DNA of 64,000 nt from Haliotis rufescens (taxonomy: Eukaryota), in contig NW_025964362.1 in the NCBI RefSeq assembly GCF_023055435.1, positions 1,612,001 through 1,676,000 of the forward strand, read 5' to 3'. How positions within the stretch are numbered: the first letter of the stretch is position 1; each line of letters starts with the position of its first letter. Positions 39,701-50,300 of the stretch are shown here, piece after piece. The notes beneath the pieces were generated by a model that saw nothing but the letters and a program-made list of their open reading frames with translations, did not search any database and was not told the origin of the DNA. Both the position numbers and the translations under genes were made by a program.

Positions 39701-42700
39701 ACGAACTACGGCTATTACGAACTAAAATTAGCAGTCCCTTTGAGTTCGTTATAACCGTAGTTTACTGTATTAGAGATACCAAATGGTGTCTCTCAACTCA
39801 GTGTTCAGGTATGATCACTCAATATTGTGATGGTGCTTTCAGATATGTAATAAGATGGTCATATTTCCTGGTGGATATACATCATATTTCCTGGTGGATA
39901 TACATATATACCACAGGACCTTTCAATCCCCATCCTCCCGAGGCAAGAGAGTTAACTGACTTTAAAAGTCCAGTTTCCACCTTTGCCGAACTAGACTTGA
40001 ATTCCTGGGCTCGATCGTAGCGCCCCCAGTGACTATTACCGGTTATGTCCCTTCTCAGCCTCTCCTATGGACCAATCCGATTCCATCACTTGCATTTGTT
40101 TCAACCAAAATGGCGGCGCCCAGTCAAGACGATCTGATCGATCGAAGATCTATATCGTTATAAAAGGGGTCTTATATCGCGAAGTACATCAAATCACGCG
40201 AGCACCTTGATTAAAAACATGAAAAGGTTTGGAAAATATCTGTTGACAACGAGTTGGCGGTGCACTTGCTTTGCAAATCCCGCACTCGACCGAAATCTGC
40301 ACGACAGTTTACGAACCGGATTCCGATTTCGTTGCGCGATTTTGATTGGACTATGCATAGACTCGTTAGTCCAGCCAAAATGTAACTCCATAATACCAGC
40401 CTAGTTCGGCAAGGGTGGGAACTGCACTTTTATAGTCAGTTACCTCCCTTGCCTCGGGAAGATGTCCAATCCCCGAAATTACAACTGTTGCATGAAACTT
40501 GGTAGAGTTGCTCAAAGTTCTATTGATTTCGGTTGGGCTAGTTGTTTGTACTGGTAATGCCTCAGTGGCATCGTACTTCAGGAGTACTGGTGTGCGACAT
40601 CACGCAACAAACAAACCAGATGTGCGAGTGGCGGGTGTAACCGGTATGGCAGGACAGTCTGACCCTTTTCGTGAACACCCGGTGTTAATTCGCCGCCAGT
40701 TACCCGTTAACGCCCAGTGGAAGATAATCGAGACTGATTATCTGGCGTTTTTTTATCGTGACCATGCCTCAGGTTGTTTGAATTGATTCAGAGTAGTATA
40801 AAGTAGGTCATTCCTACAGTGATGTATGTTGCTTGAAATGCTTCATGTACTTACAGTGAAAGGGAAATAGAGTGGTCTCGGTACACCAAACTCCCCTGGC
40901 CACACATTGTCCATATACCAGGTGATGAGGAGGTGGATTGCCGTGTCGCCTAGCAACATCAACATGGTGTCCAGCAAGGAGAGGTTGTCATCTATAGTGG
41001 CAGGTTCGTGAAAATTAGACCACTGCGCACCAGAACCTGCAGGAAATGAAATCTATATGTCAAGATGGTTTAAAACACGGTATGAAAGCAATTTGACAGA
41101 TCACAGAATGTGCCCCTGTCAGATATTATATGTATGGTATGTTAAACTATCTGACAGATATAAGACCTTTTCAATTAAGATTCACATCGATGACATATTT
41201 ATATTTTTGTAGTGTAACAGTGTGAGATATTAGATAGTGCCTCTTAAATATTCAACCAGATCGGAATATAACTACCAGCTCCTTCATAGAGTGATATGAC
41301 ATTTGCACCAAACGCCATTCCCACATTAAACAGGAGACAGGAAGCCAGTTTAGCTGGCCTGGACATTGTCTGGTATGTGATCTGCAGGTAGAAGTACGGG
41401 CAATAGGATATGAAGAACACGATCCCGCTGATTGCTGCTCCGATATTTGCTGAATTATAAGGAAGAAAAAGATTTAGTATGTTTTATTACATTTCCGCGT
41501 TCATTCAAAACGTTCACGTCAATGCCTTGCAGGAAATTGAAACGCCCTCTTGTGACAATCATACCAGTCAAATTATTTGTTAAGAGTTTTCTAAGGAGCT
41601 TTTTCAGGGTACATTTATATCTTTATATCAAGATATCCGGCCCATGAATATCCGGGTTAGAACTGGTCTTCAACAACCCATGTTTGTCGTAACGGGCAGA
41701 CTTCTCTGCCTTGGTTGATGCATGTCATCTTATGTAATAATCCCAATTGCATTGATCATGCTCATGATGTCAGTCATTGGATTGCCTGGTAAAGACACGA
41801 TTATTTTAAGACCGCCGTCATATAGCTGGATTGCGGCGTTAAACAACAAACGGACAAAAGAAGATATCCAGTGAACATTTATATTTACAACAGTTGATTT
41901 GTGTAAAACAATTATCTTCACACAAACGTAATTCAAACGCTACGATCCTGTACTTTGAACGTAACGTATAACCAATAACTACTGAAACACATTTACCTCT
42001 TTGAGTGAAGACGCTGATCATGAAGCAGTAGGAGATGATGGAGACGCCGTAACAGAGGAGGAACACAAAGAACAGGGAGGGATCTGATTTGGCCAGAGCG
42101 GCTCCATTTCCACTGACATTAATGCCACACAACAGAGCGTACAGGACCATGACTATTACCACATATATAAAGATGGTCAGGAACCAAGAAGTCCAGTGAG
42201 CTGCAGCACTCAGACCCATCAGCTTCATGGACTCCTGTGGAGAAATAGATGATGTGGTCAAGTTTTAATATTCGAAATTGGATAAACTGGTGAAAGATCC
42301 ACGATCATTGTGTTACTTCATTGTGTTGGTCCATCAGTTTCGTGGATGCCTGCAGTGACATAGATGGATGAAGTCAAGTCTTGACATTTGAATAAGTAAA
42401 AGGATCCGCTGGGTATGAATCTTTGATTCTCCCGATTATAATTGTTGATCAAGGGGCGTTGGACCCCAATACAGCCAGTTATAATAGTTGTGACTCACGT
42501 GACGTTTTCCTCGTGAAGTAAATCGTTCTTAAACTTAGGTTTCTTTTAGGTCTTTGAAAGGCATTTAGACGTGATTCACATAAGGAAGAAAATATATGGA
42601 TGTCAACTTGTTTATTATGAGGAACACATCATTTTCACCTGATGAAGGAGTAAGCAAATACTCCGATACGTTGTGTTCCTCATAATAAACAAGTTGACAT

Positions 42701-45700
42701 CCATATAATCTCTTCCTTAGGTTTCTTTTAGTTTTATTCAATGATAAACCATATATCTATCTATCTATCTATCTATGGGGGTGGTCGGGTAGCCTAGTGG
42801 TTAAAGCATTCGCCCGTCACGCCGAAGACCTGGGTTCGATTCCCGACATGGGTACAATGTGTGAAGCCCATTTCTGGTGTCGCCCGTGGTGATATTGCTG
42901 GAATATTGCTAAAAGCGGCGTAAAACCATACTCACTCATTATCTATCTATGGCTGAAATAATGCCGTTTAATAATGTGAAATAATGTGACGTTTAACTCA
43001 CTCAGGCTCTATCCATATATGTCCGATTTTTAGCATAGAAACTGCGGTCGTAAGCTTACTTTCAGTTTTCTTTCCTTCTCGTAAACAACTCCCTTCGTTG
43101 TCTGGATTGCCATCAGGATGAAGCTCAGCATCAGCAACACCGGAAACATGTACTGCAGCAGCTGAATCATGGTGTCATCGATATAGGGCGGGAATGGCAT
43201 TTGCATCAGCTGAACATTCAGCTGCTTGATTACATCAGTTGAGTTTGGGGTGAGTTGTTTGATGATAGCTTCATATAGAAGAAGCTGGACAGTCATGAAG
43301 TTCGTGTAGTCTGAAAATAGGAACATGAATTTTGATACAAGGAAAATACAAGGATACATCTGTTGATGGAATGTGGTATGTTTCAAAAACTGGGTATGAT
43401 TTTAAAGACCGTCAAAAGTTGTTTGCGGGACAGCATTGAAGGCCTAGAAAGGGCTTTTAAAGTGTTTTAAGGTAAACATGTGGAGGACTTGACGCATCAG
43501 TAGCCACAATGCGTGCGATGCAATACCCTACTGTATGTTCGTGTGTTCAAGGGAACATTTGACTTGCCTTTGCATGTGTCTGTGATGAATGCCACCGGGG
43601 CAGGATACGCTAAACCTTTTGCGAACACGTATGATCATTACTAATTAAACGTGCTCATGATGCAGTCGTAATCGTAGTTTGTACTCTTTTGAATTATTAA
43701 GGTAATGGAAGTGGCTTTGTTGCTTTTAATTGCGAAGGTTGTGTGGAGGCAAGTCTTCAGGAACCCATGTTTGTCGCAAAAGGCACTAAGGGGATCGGGG
43801 GTTCAGGATCGCTGACTTGGTTGATGTATGTCATCGTATTCCCCCAACTGCGTGGATCGATGCTCAGGGTTTCAATCACTTGGCTGTCTGGTCCAGACTT
43901 GATTATTTATAGTCCGCCATCATATAGCTGTAATATTGCTGAGTGCGGCGTTAAACATGCACGTCGCTAAATAAATGCATTAAACTTGAACGCCATTTCG
44001 TTAAAACCCGCCTCTCCTCACCTTTGATGTGAATCACGATGTTATAAGTGTTATGTGTCGTGTTACGTGTAATGTTCATCGTCGTTGATGTGTTTGGAAC
44101 AATGATGTAGTGGATTTGTGTCACGTGTTTTGCGAGGCGGTAGTATTGCCGTTAAATGTCTGGGTTATGCAACATCCATATCCTGTGCCTCGAAGATTCA
44201 CGTAGTTGAAGCTCCAATTAATAATTAATATCAAAGTTAAATGTACATAATCAAAAATTACATTTACAAAGTAATACAATATGTTTTACCAAAGGTACAA
44301 TATTTTTACACATTATTTCCCCGGATTGTTCACGAACGGGAAGTCGTGGTTTCGATCTCCTTGCCTCGTCATGCCAAAGACGTTAAAATGTATTTGTTGT
44401 TACCCGCGCCTGGGGCTGGGAATTCAGAAGATAAAATATAAACTGGCCGGCTCGGAGTCAGAATACAATGTTTAAGTGGGGTATTCATGTTAAACTGCCA
44501 CTTGATGTTACAGCGAGGGGGCACGGGTGGCCCAGTCGTCTAAGGCGCCGCGATTCGCTGTGCAGAGTTGCGTCCCTTGGGCACGCCAGAAACCTATGAT
44601 TGTGGGTTCGAATCCCGGTTCGCCCCGATTAGGTTTCTAGGTTTGTCAGCACCATACCCGTGCTCGTGGGTTTCACCGAAGTGGTAAACGTCTGAGACAT
44701 GCATCACTTCGGGCTTTCCTCCCACATTAGCTGACACGCCGTGATATAACTGGAATACTGTTAAAAGCAGCGTTAAACACAACCCACTCACTCACTGATA
44801 TCACAGCGGACTAACACTATAAAAGCGACATACGTTCGGACTAGCACAAGCAGCTAAACACACGTGCATGAACGATGCTGTATTATTTCAATAATCTTGA
44901 ACGCGTCGTAAATCCCCATTTCACCTCCCCTTTGACGTGTCATGTCGTGTGCTCTTTTTTTTTGTTCATTGTTTGTGTCGTGGAAAAAATATTTTGTTGA
45001 TGCGTTGTTGTTTTGTAGCCCTATGGCATTGTGTCACCTTTTGTGTGTGACGGTAGTATTGCCGTTCAATGTCTGGGTCTTGCCACATCCATGTCCCGAA
45101 CCATGAGTATTCACTGGGTGATTGAATGTAGAACTAAAGCTCCAATTCATAAGTAGTTTTGCATCAGGAATAATTAAATTTACCAAATAATACAGATTTT
45201 GACGAACTACTTACCAGGATTGCCGGCGTAACGTGGTGTTCCTGAATCCATGAAAGGGAAGGTATCTCTTGTGTGCCAGTTGTCGTATTCATACGATATG
45301 GGGCGTATGGCGAGCAGCACTTCCCTGGGCAAAACCGTGTCTGTCTTTGCAACGTTCTCAAACTCAACAGCAAAGGGAATATTGTTAGAATTCATGCTGA
45401 AGTATTCCAACATGTCTTTTCTGGCGGAAAACCCTTTGAACGAATGTGTATCTGAAACAAGACCGTCACCTTAATGTTTATGTAACATATGTATATGGTT
45501 GAATGAAGCCCATTGGGATTCCTGGAGAATAGGTCCCCAGTTAGTCTCATGCTCATGCCTGGCCCAGATTCGACCGCTGACGGTGATATAGCTTGAATAT
45601 TACTGCCTGTGGCGTCAAACACCCTTCAGTATGACATAGTGGATCTAAAGACACCACGGAGATTGGTAAGTGAGTTGGGTTTAACGCCGCTTTTAACAGT

Positions 45701-46903
45701 ATTCCATTTATATCAAGGCGTGTCAGCTCAATGTGGGAGGAAAGCCCGAAGTGATGCAGGCATCATACGTTTACCACTTCGACGAAACCCACGAGCACGG
45801 GTATGGTGCTGACAAACCTAGAAACATAATCGGGGTGAACCGGGATTCGAACCTACAATCATATGTTTCTGATGTGCCCGAGGGACGCAACTCTGCACAG
45901 CGAACCGCGGCGCCTCAGACGACTGGGCCCCCCGTGCCCCCCGGGGCTAGGTATGCTACCACCTGTGTGTGTGGCTGCTTGTACTAGTCCGGACTAATGC
46001 CGATTTATAGTGCTTGTCACTGAGATACCATTCCGCAGTTTAACATGAATATCCCACTCAGACTCAGCCGACACTCGTTGATAAAAGTCGCAAAAATCCT
46101 CGGCAAGCCTCGGAATTTTTCCACTTTTATCAACTCGTGTTGATATATTTGATATCAAAAGACACGAGGGTGAGATTCTCTATATACTGCTCGACAGGAA
46201 AAAGACATTCCATGGATGACAGGAAATACGAGTCATGGCTTCTTGACTTTACAAAGCCGATACACAAATCCCTTGATTAGTGCACTGCCCTGTGTTAGAA
46301 CATTTGAATATTACAATCAAGGGAGGTAAATCTTAACGGTATATCGTCCTTCTATCGGTAATGTCAAATGCTCACTGGTGTATTTTTTTCCTTCAGCTTA
46401 AGTTACTTTTTTAATACTCGAATACTTAAATGTCTCCTTGACATTTAATCCCTGCGTATAGCATTCCACTGTGTCAGCAGTTTTATACATTGAGCAATAA
46501 TCCACCATCAGGACAAAAGTCATGAATTTTTCATTTTTTATTACATAGTTCCAATTTTGTCAGTTGAAATAGCATGGTAATACTTCAGGCTGTACTTACG
46601 TTGATAATGTGTGTTGTTAATTACAGTAGCATTCACGTCAGTCATCAAGCCATTGATGAGTGTATTGTTAGGCCAGTACAATATCTGAGTTCCCTCATAA
46701 AAATCGTCGAAGCCTCGGGCCACGACCGAAGGTGGGTAGATACTTGCCGGTTCGTGTTCTATAGGAACTAGAAATCTCATGCTGAAAAATATTCCCGCAA
46801 AAAGGAGAGGTAGAAGAATCTCAAAAACAGTCACACAAATCTTTTTGCGTTGTAGAAGGGAATTCTTCCACATAAGCAGCCGGAGCTGGCGAAAGAAGGC
46901 CAT
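30714..46903 (-). CDS. ABCA3: ABC transporter subfamily A, ABCA3-like full transporter, copy B (19 coding exons, ~1697 aa)
   Basis: Exons 5'->3': 46903-46600, 45451-45215, 43310-43060, 42234-41997, 41449-41276, 41036-40855, 39565-39437, 39007-38878, 37402-37248, 36860-36705, 36614-36404, 36152-35903, 35493-35372, 34616-33603, 33405-33184, 32847-32336, 31781-31594, 31418-31248, 31161-30714. Total 5094 nt, same phases as copy A. Both Walker A, signature and Walker B sets are intact. Confidence 0.93.
32067..32182. mobile_element. Palindromic MITE; a related partial copy lies at 46070-46182
   Basis: Inverted termini TAGAATCTCATCCTCGTGTC ... GACATGAGGGTGAGATTCTA. Confidence 0.7.
35205..35346 (+). 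mobile_element. SINE family 4, partial copy
   Basis: GTAAGAG.CGACTAACG.GATCGGGTGGTCAGGCTC...GATTATTTACAGACC.CCGTCATATAGCTGGAATATTG. Confidence 0.75.
38240..38588 (+). mobile_element. SINE family 4 carrying an inserted copy of intron-4 sequence
   Basis: Family 4 body in which 38423-38545 duplicates 41809-41932; the original tail resumes after 38545. Confidence 0.8.
39131..39290 (-). mobile_element. SINE family 1, diverged
   Basis: Reverse complement of the family 1 body (CCAGAAATAGGCTTCA..CATCGTACCCATG, GGGTCTTCGGCG). Confidence 0.7.
39594..39767. mobile_element. TA-flanked pogo/Tigger-type MITE
   Basis: TA|CAATATACTACGTTTATAACGAAC ... GTTCGTTATAACCGTAGTTTACTG|TA, with internal TATAACGAA repeats. 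Confidence 0.85.
41640..41851 (+). mobile_element. SINE family 4
   Basis: CCCATGAATATCCGGGTTAGAA.TGGTCTTCA.CAACCCATG ... GCGGCGTTAAACAACAAAC. Confidence 0.8.
42550..42719 (+). mobile_element. Penelope-like terminal fragment: ~48-bp inverted arms enclosing a hammerhead-like core, with a 16-bp flanking direct repeat
   Basis: Arms at 42581-42628 and 42672-42719. Core CAC-CTGATGA-A-GGAGTA-AGCAAA-TACTCC-GATAC-GTT-GTG. CTTAGGTTTCTTTTAG occurs at 42534-42549 and 42716-42731. Confidence 0.7.
42777..42938 (+). mobile_element. SINE family 1, full length, inserted at an (ATCT)n tract
   Basis: A box and B box, (ACTC) tail, and TSD TATCTATCTATGG. Confidence 0.9.
43752..43956 (+). mobile_element. SINE family 4
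   Basis: GTCTTCAG.AACCCATGTTTGTCG...GATTATTTATAGTCCGCCATCATATAGCTG...GAGTGCGGCGTTAAAC. Confidence 0.8.
44320..44930 (+). mobile_element. Old SINE family 3 copy interrupted by a younger family 2 copy (44517-44795)
   Basis: Family 3 sequence resumes after the family 2 tail. Imperfect TSD TGAT(G/A)T(T/C)ACAGCG. Confidence 0.85.
45669..46065 (-). mobile_element. SINE family 2 (45669-45942) plus an adjacent family 3 fragment, both on the minus strand
   Basis: Reverse complements of the 44517-44795 copy and of the family 3 central region. Confidence 0.85.
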
Positions 46904-47388
46904 ATTGAAAGAAGTCGCCGTTACCTGGTCGGCGATGTGGTAAACAGACACGCTACTCAGGCGAAGTACACTGTCACAAGCGTATTCGTAATAGTCGTGC
47001 TAATGATCATGTGGTTAGATAGCTCAGATTACGCGGTCTAATAGTGTATACACATCCCACTTCCTGAACAGGTCCATACAACGTGAGAAACACGACAGCG
47101 CATCACGAAGCTTTCTGTACCCGGAACAAATGTCACGAGTGTTGAGTCACCTGTTGTATTGTAAGAAACTGTTGACTGTGACGATGTTTTGACCTACTTT
47201 CACAAAGGATACTATGAACTCTGACCTCTTGAAATTGAGTCCTTAACTTTGGCCAACATTCCTCAGTTATGCCCCTTTACTACTTCGCCAATAGATGGCG
47301 CCAAACGCTACGGTCCTGCGCGTACTTCCGGTATATTACGCGTTTCATAGATATTTGCACGACCAACAACTACAACGAAGTATTTACG

Positions 47389-50300
47389 ATGCCTTCGACG
47401 TGCTGCTGTGTCCCGGGATGCTGCAATCGAGGTGGTTTGTCGTTTCCGAGAGAACCTTTGTTGCTGAAACGATGGTTGATTGCTATTCGGAGGAGCGACG
47501 AATCAAACCAAGGCAAGATGTGGAAACCGTCACCTCACAGTGTTGTGTGTCATTCCCACTTCAGACCGTCTGATTTCATTGCTGTAACTAGTTATGGTAA
47601 GATATTTGGGTAACTTGTTATGTTTCTATTCGTTGGCAGATTTAATTAACGTGCATGCCAATTATATTTGTTATATTTTCTTGCATTGAAATTACGAAGA
47701 GGGTTTTACGTGACTCAGAAATGTGTATCCAGTATGCAGAAATGTGAAGAATGGACGCAGACAAAATAGAATATGTTCCGTCCCGCGGGACACACTTATT
47801 TTCACAGATAGTTTGATTTTGTCATTGAGTTAAATTGAGTTCAGATTCTTAAAACTTCGAAGTGTGTGATTTTTTTCACAATAATTTTAGTTCCCTCCTG
47901 TCAGAGTAGGCGAGTAAATTTGAGTATTGGCTAATTCTAATGTAATCACGTTTGTGTGTGTTTGCATGTGAACCTATGAGTATATTTCATTGTTTTTTTA
48001 AAACCAAGATAGAAATAATGTGTCATTTAGGCCCTACTATAGTAGCCATTTTTTTGCCAGTCAGTGATCATGGTGATGTTTAGGTTTGACCCTCATATAT
48101 TTCATGCACGGGCCTTTGAAATCAATTACTGGGGGTCTAGTGCATACCCAGTTAATTACGGTAAAACCCTGTTTACCACCATTATATTCCTGTTTATGAA
48201 GTTGTTGATGTTTGACCATAACCCTTCTTAGTTTTCTTCTTTTATTTGTTGAATTGATGATTACCAGGAATGTCAACACATATTTGACGTTTTTGCCTTT
48301 AACCCTCTGGCTGCCACCTAAAAATAGCCTGTGTACTATCGCTGTGCCGAGTTTATTTGCGAGTGACGTTCTGGAAACTGCACACTTTCGTCTAAAAACG
48401 ACGTAACGTAACAACGATAAAACCCACAATTTTCAAATTTCACACTATAACAGCACAACCATTTCCCTAACTGTCTATGTAAATATTGTAAAGCATTAAC
48501 GTTATTAACAGTAGTTTATAGCTCGGCAAACGTATTGAATATGCGATTTTTTACAAAATGTCCATGGCGGCTGTTTTGTTGACATTGCGCACTGGATACT
48601 TTGAGCGTCTTGTCAGGTTGTAAATCTCCACCAATGTAAAAACCAAAAACATTATGCGAAAGCCCGTTTGTTTCCCGATTACCGTGTTGAAAATGAAACA
48701 TCTCGGTGGAAAATCGTCCGCGAAATCGTCGATTACGAATTTGTTCAAATATGTGTGACGCCATTTTGTCTGTAAATTAGTGAAATTGTAACGTTATCGT
48801 TTGCATATCATGTCGGAAAAAGCATATTAATGAAAAAACTATTTATGAATAAGGAATAAAATCTTATCCCTAAAATCTGTGGTTTATTACCTACATGCTG
48901 ATATAAATTGTAACGTGTAACCTTAGCTATGAAATTCAAAATTACGTACTTTTAGAAAGAAGAGAACGAAATCGCATTTCAAACTAAAACTTATACGCGG
49001 TGTTGTGTTTTCTTCATTGCAATAAATGATTTTTCTTTTCGGTCATTATTCATTTTTTAGTAAGAAAATCATACCATGTAATCTGCAAAGAACATGCCCT
49101 TATGCATGGCATATTTTTACTTTTCTTGCACCGAAAGGTATTCCTCACGGCCCATGTCAATCAGTTCACTGTAAATACTCCTACCAGGCGATGGCGGACA
49201 TGTCCATTTGCACGTCGACAAAATTTGCATACAGACGATTGAACGAGTTAGTCTCGTATCTTTATGAATCCTTAATAACGTTGTTTTATTTTCATTTTTA
49301 ACTAATAACGATTATACAAACACAAAACAATAAAAAAAATCACATGAAGTAGAAACAATACGAAAATGCCTTTTGTGTTGTCGACAGCTTTAGTTTTGAA
49401 TATTTCAAAATGTCGTCGACCGTGTTCAGCGGTGTTTGGGATTTTGGATTTACTATAACATCTTTGACAGCAACCGAGATAGTAAGTACATTTGAACATC
49501 ATTCTGTAAGCAAACCTTAGTGTTCTAGTGATGGTCTGAAATCTGTCGTAATTTGGAGATGATAAACGCATTGATTCATCAAAGATTCAAACGTTGCGAT
49601 CTGGTCATATTTTCCCGATTTCCATCTCCGTCCCTGCTTACATCAGCAGCCACTGAGTGACCACCAAGCAGTATTAAAGACATGGATCCACTGATCACAA
49701 ACCCAAAGGAACTGTATTAGCTAACATTTATTACAGTCAGATGGATGTATATGCGATTTTTGTCATGAAATGTTCAAAGTATAATCAAAATTGATCTCGA
49801 TAATTAATCTTTCTTTCGGGAACTTTTTGACGAATGATTTCCATGGCGATGTGGTAGACTAGCTGTTATGAATACCATTATCCGAAGTATATTTCAACGG
49901 ACATTTAATACAAATCAAACCATGTATTCCTGGTACTGTTTGACGAATTTGAAAAAAAGGTAATCTATGAAGAATTTGTAAACACCAAAAGGCACAGGTT
50001 ACCCGCTCGAAAAAAACGGGCATCATTTCAGATTTGCGCAAGCCGTAACAAATACGTTCACGGCTTGCTGTCTTCTCTCACGTCCGCGCTTGCTCGTGGC
50101 ATTTACCGCTAAAATTTATGGATAACATTATGTCTGTTGAGCGAACTTTATCAGAATACGTTACGGCAAAGACGTGGCAATTGTCCAATAGTCCTTGCCA
50201 AACTGACCAACAGTTAAGGTATAATACAGACAAGAAGAAATTTTCAATTTTTAAGGGTTTATCATAATATGGACTAGAAGTAAAAAGTTTCTTTAGTTGT

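Noticed and set aside
39910-40480. Possible DNA-transposon fragment or promoter-like island (CCAAT, AAAATGGCGGC) in copy B intron 6; similar tracts at 3300-3640 and 26870-27080
   Set aside because: I could not establish termini, TSDs or a second copy by eye; a repeat-library search is needed.
30714-46903. Copy B as an uncollapsed haplotype of copy A
   Set aside because: Introns, TE insertions and ECD exons differ far too much for alleles, and both copies have full consistent ORFs.
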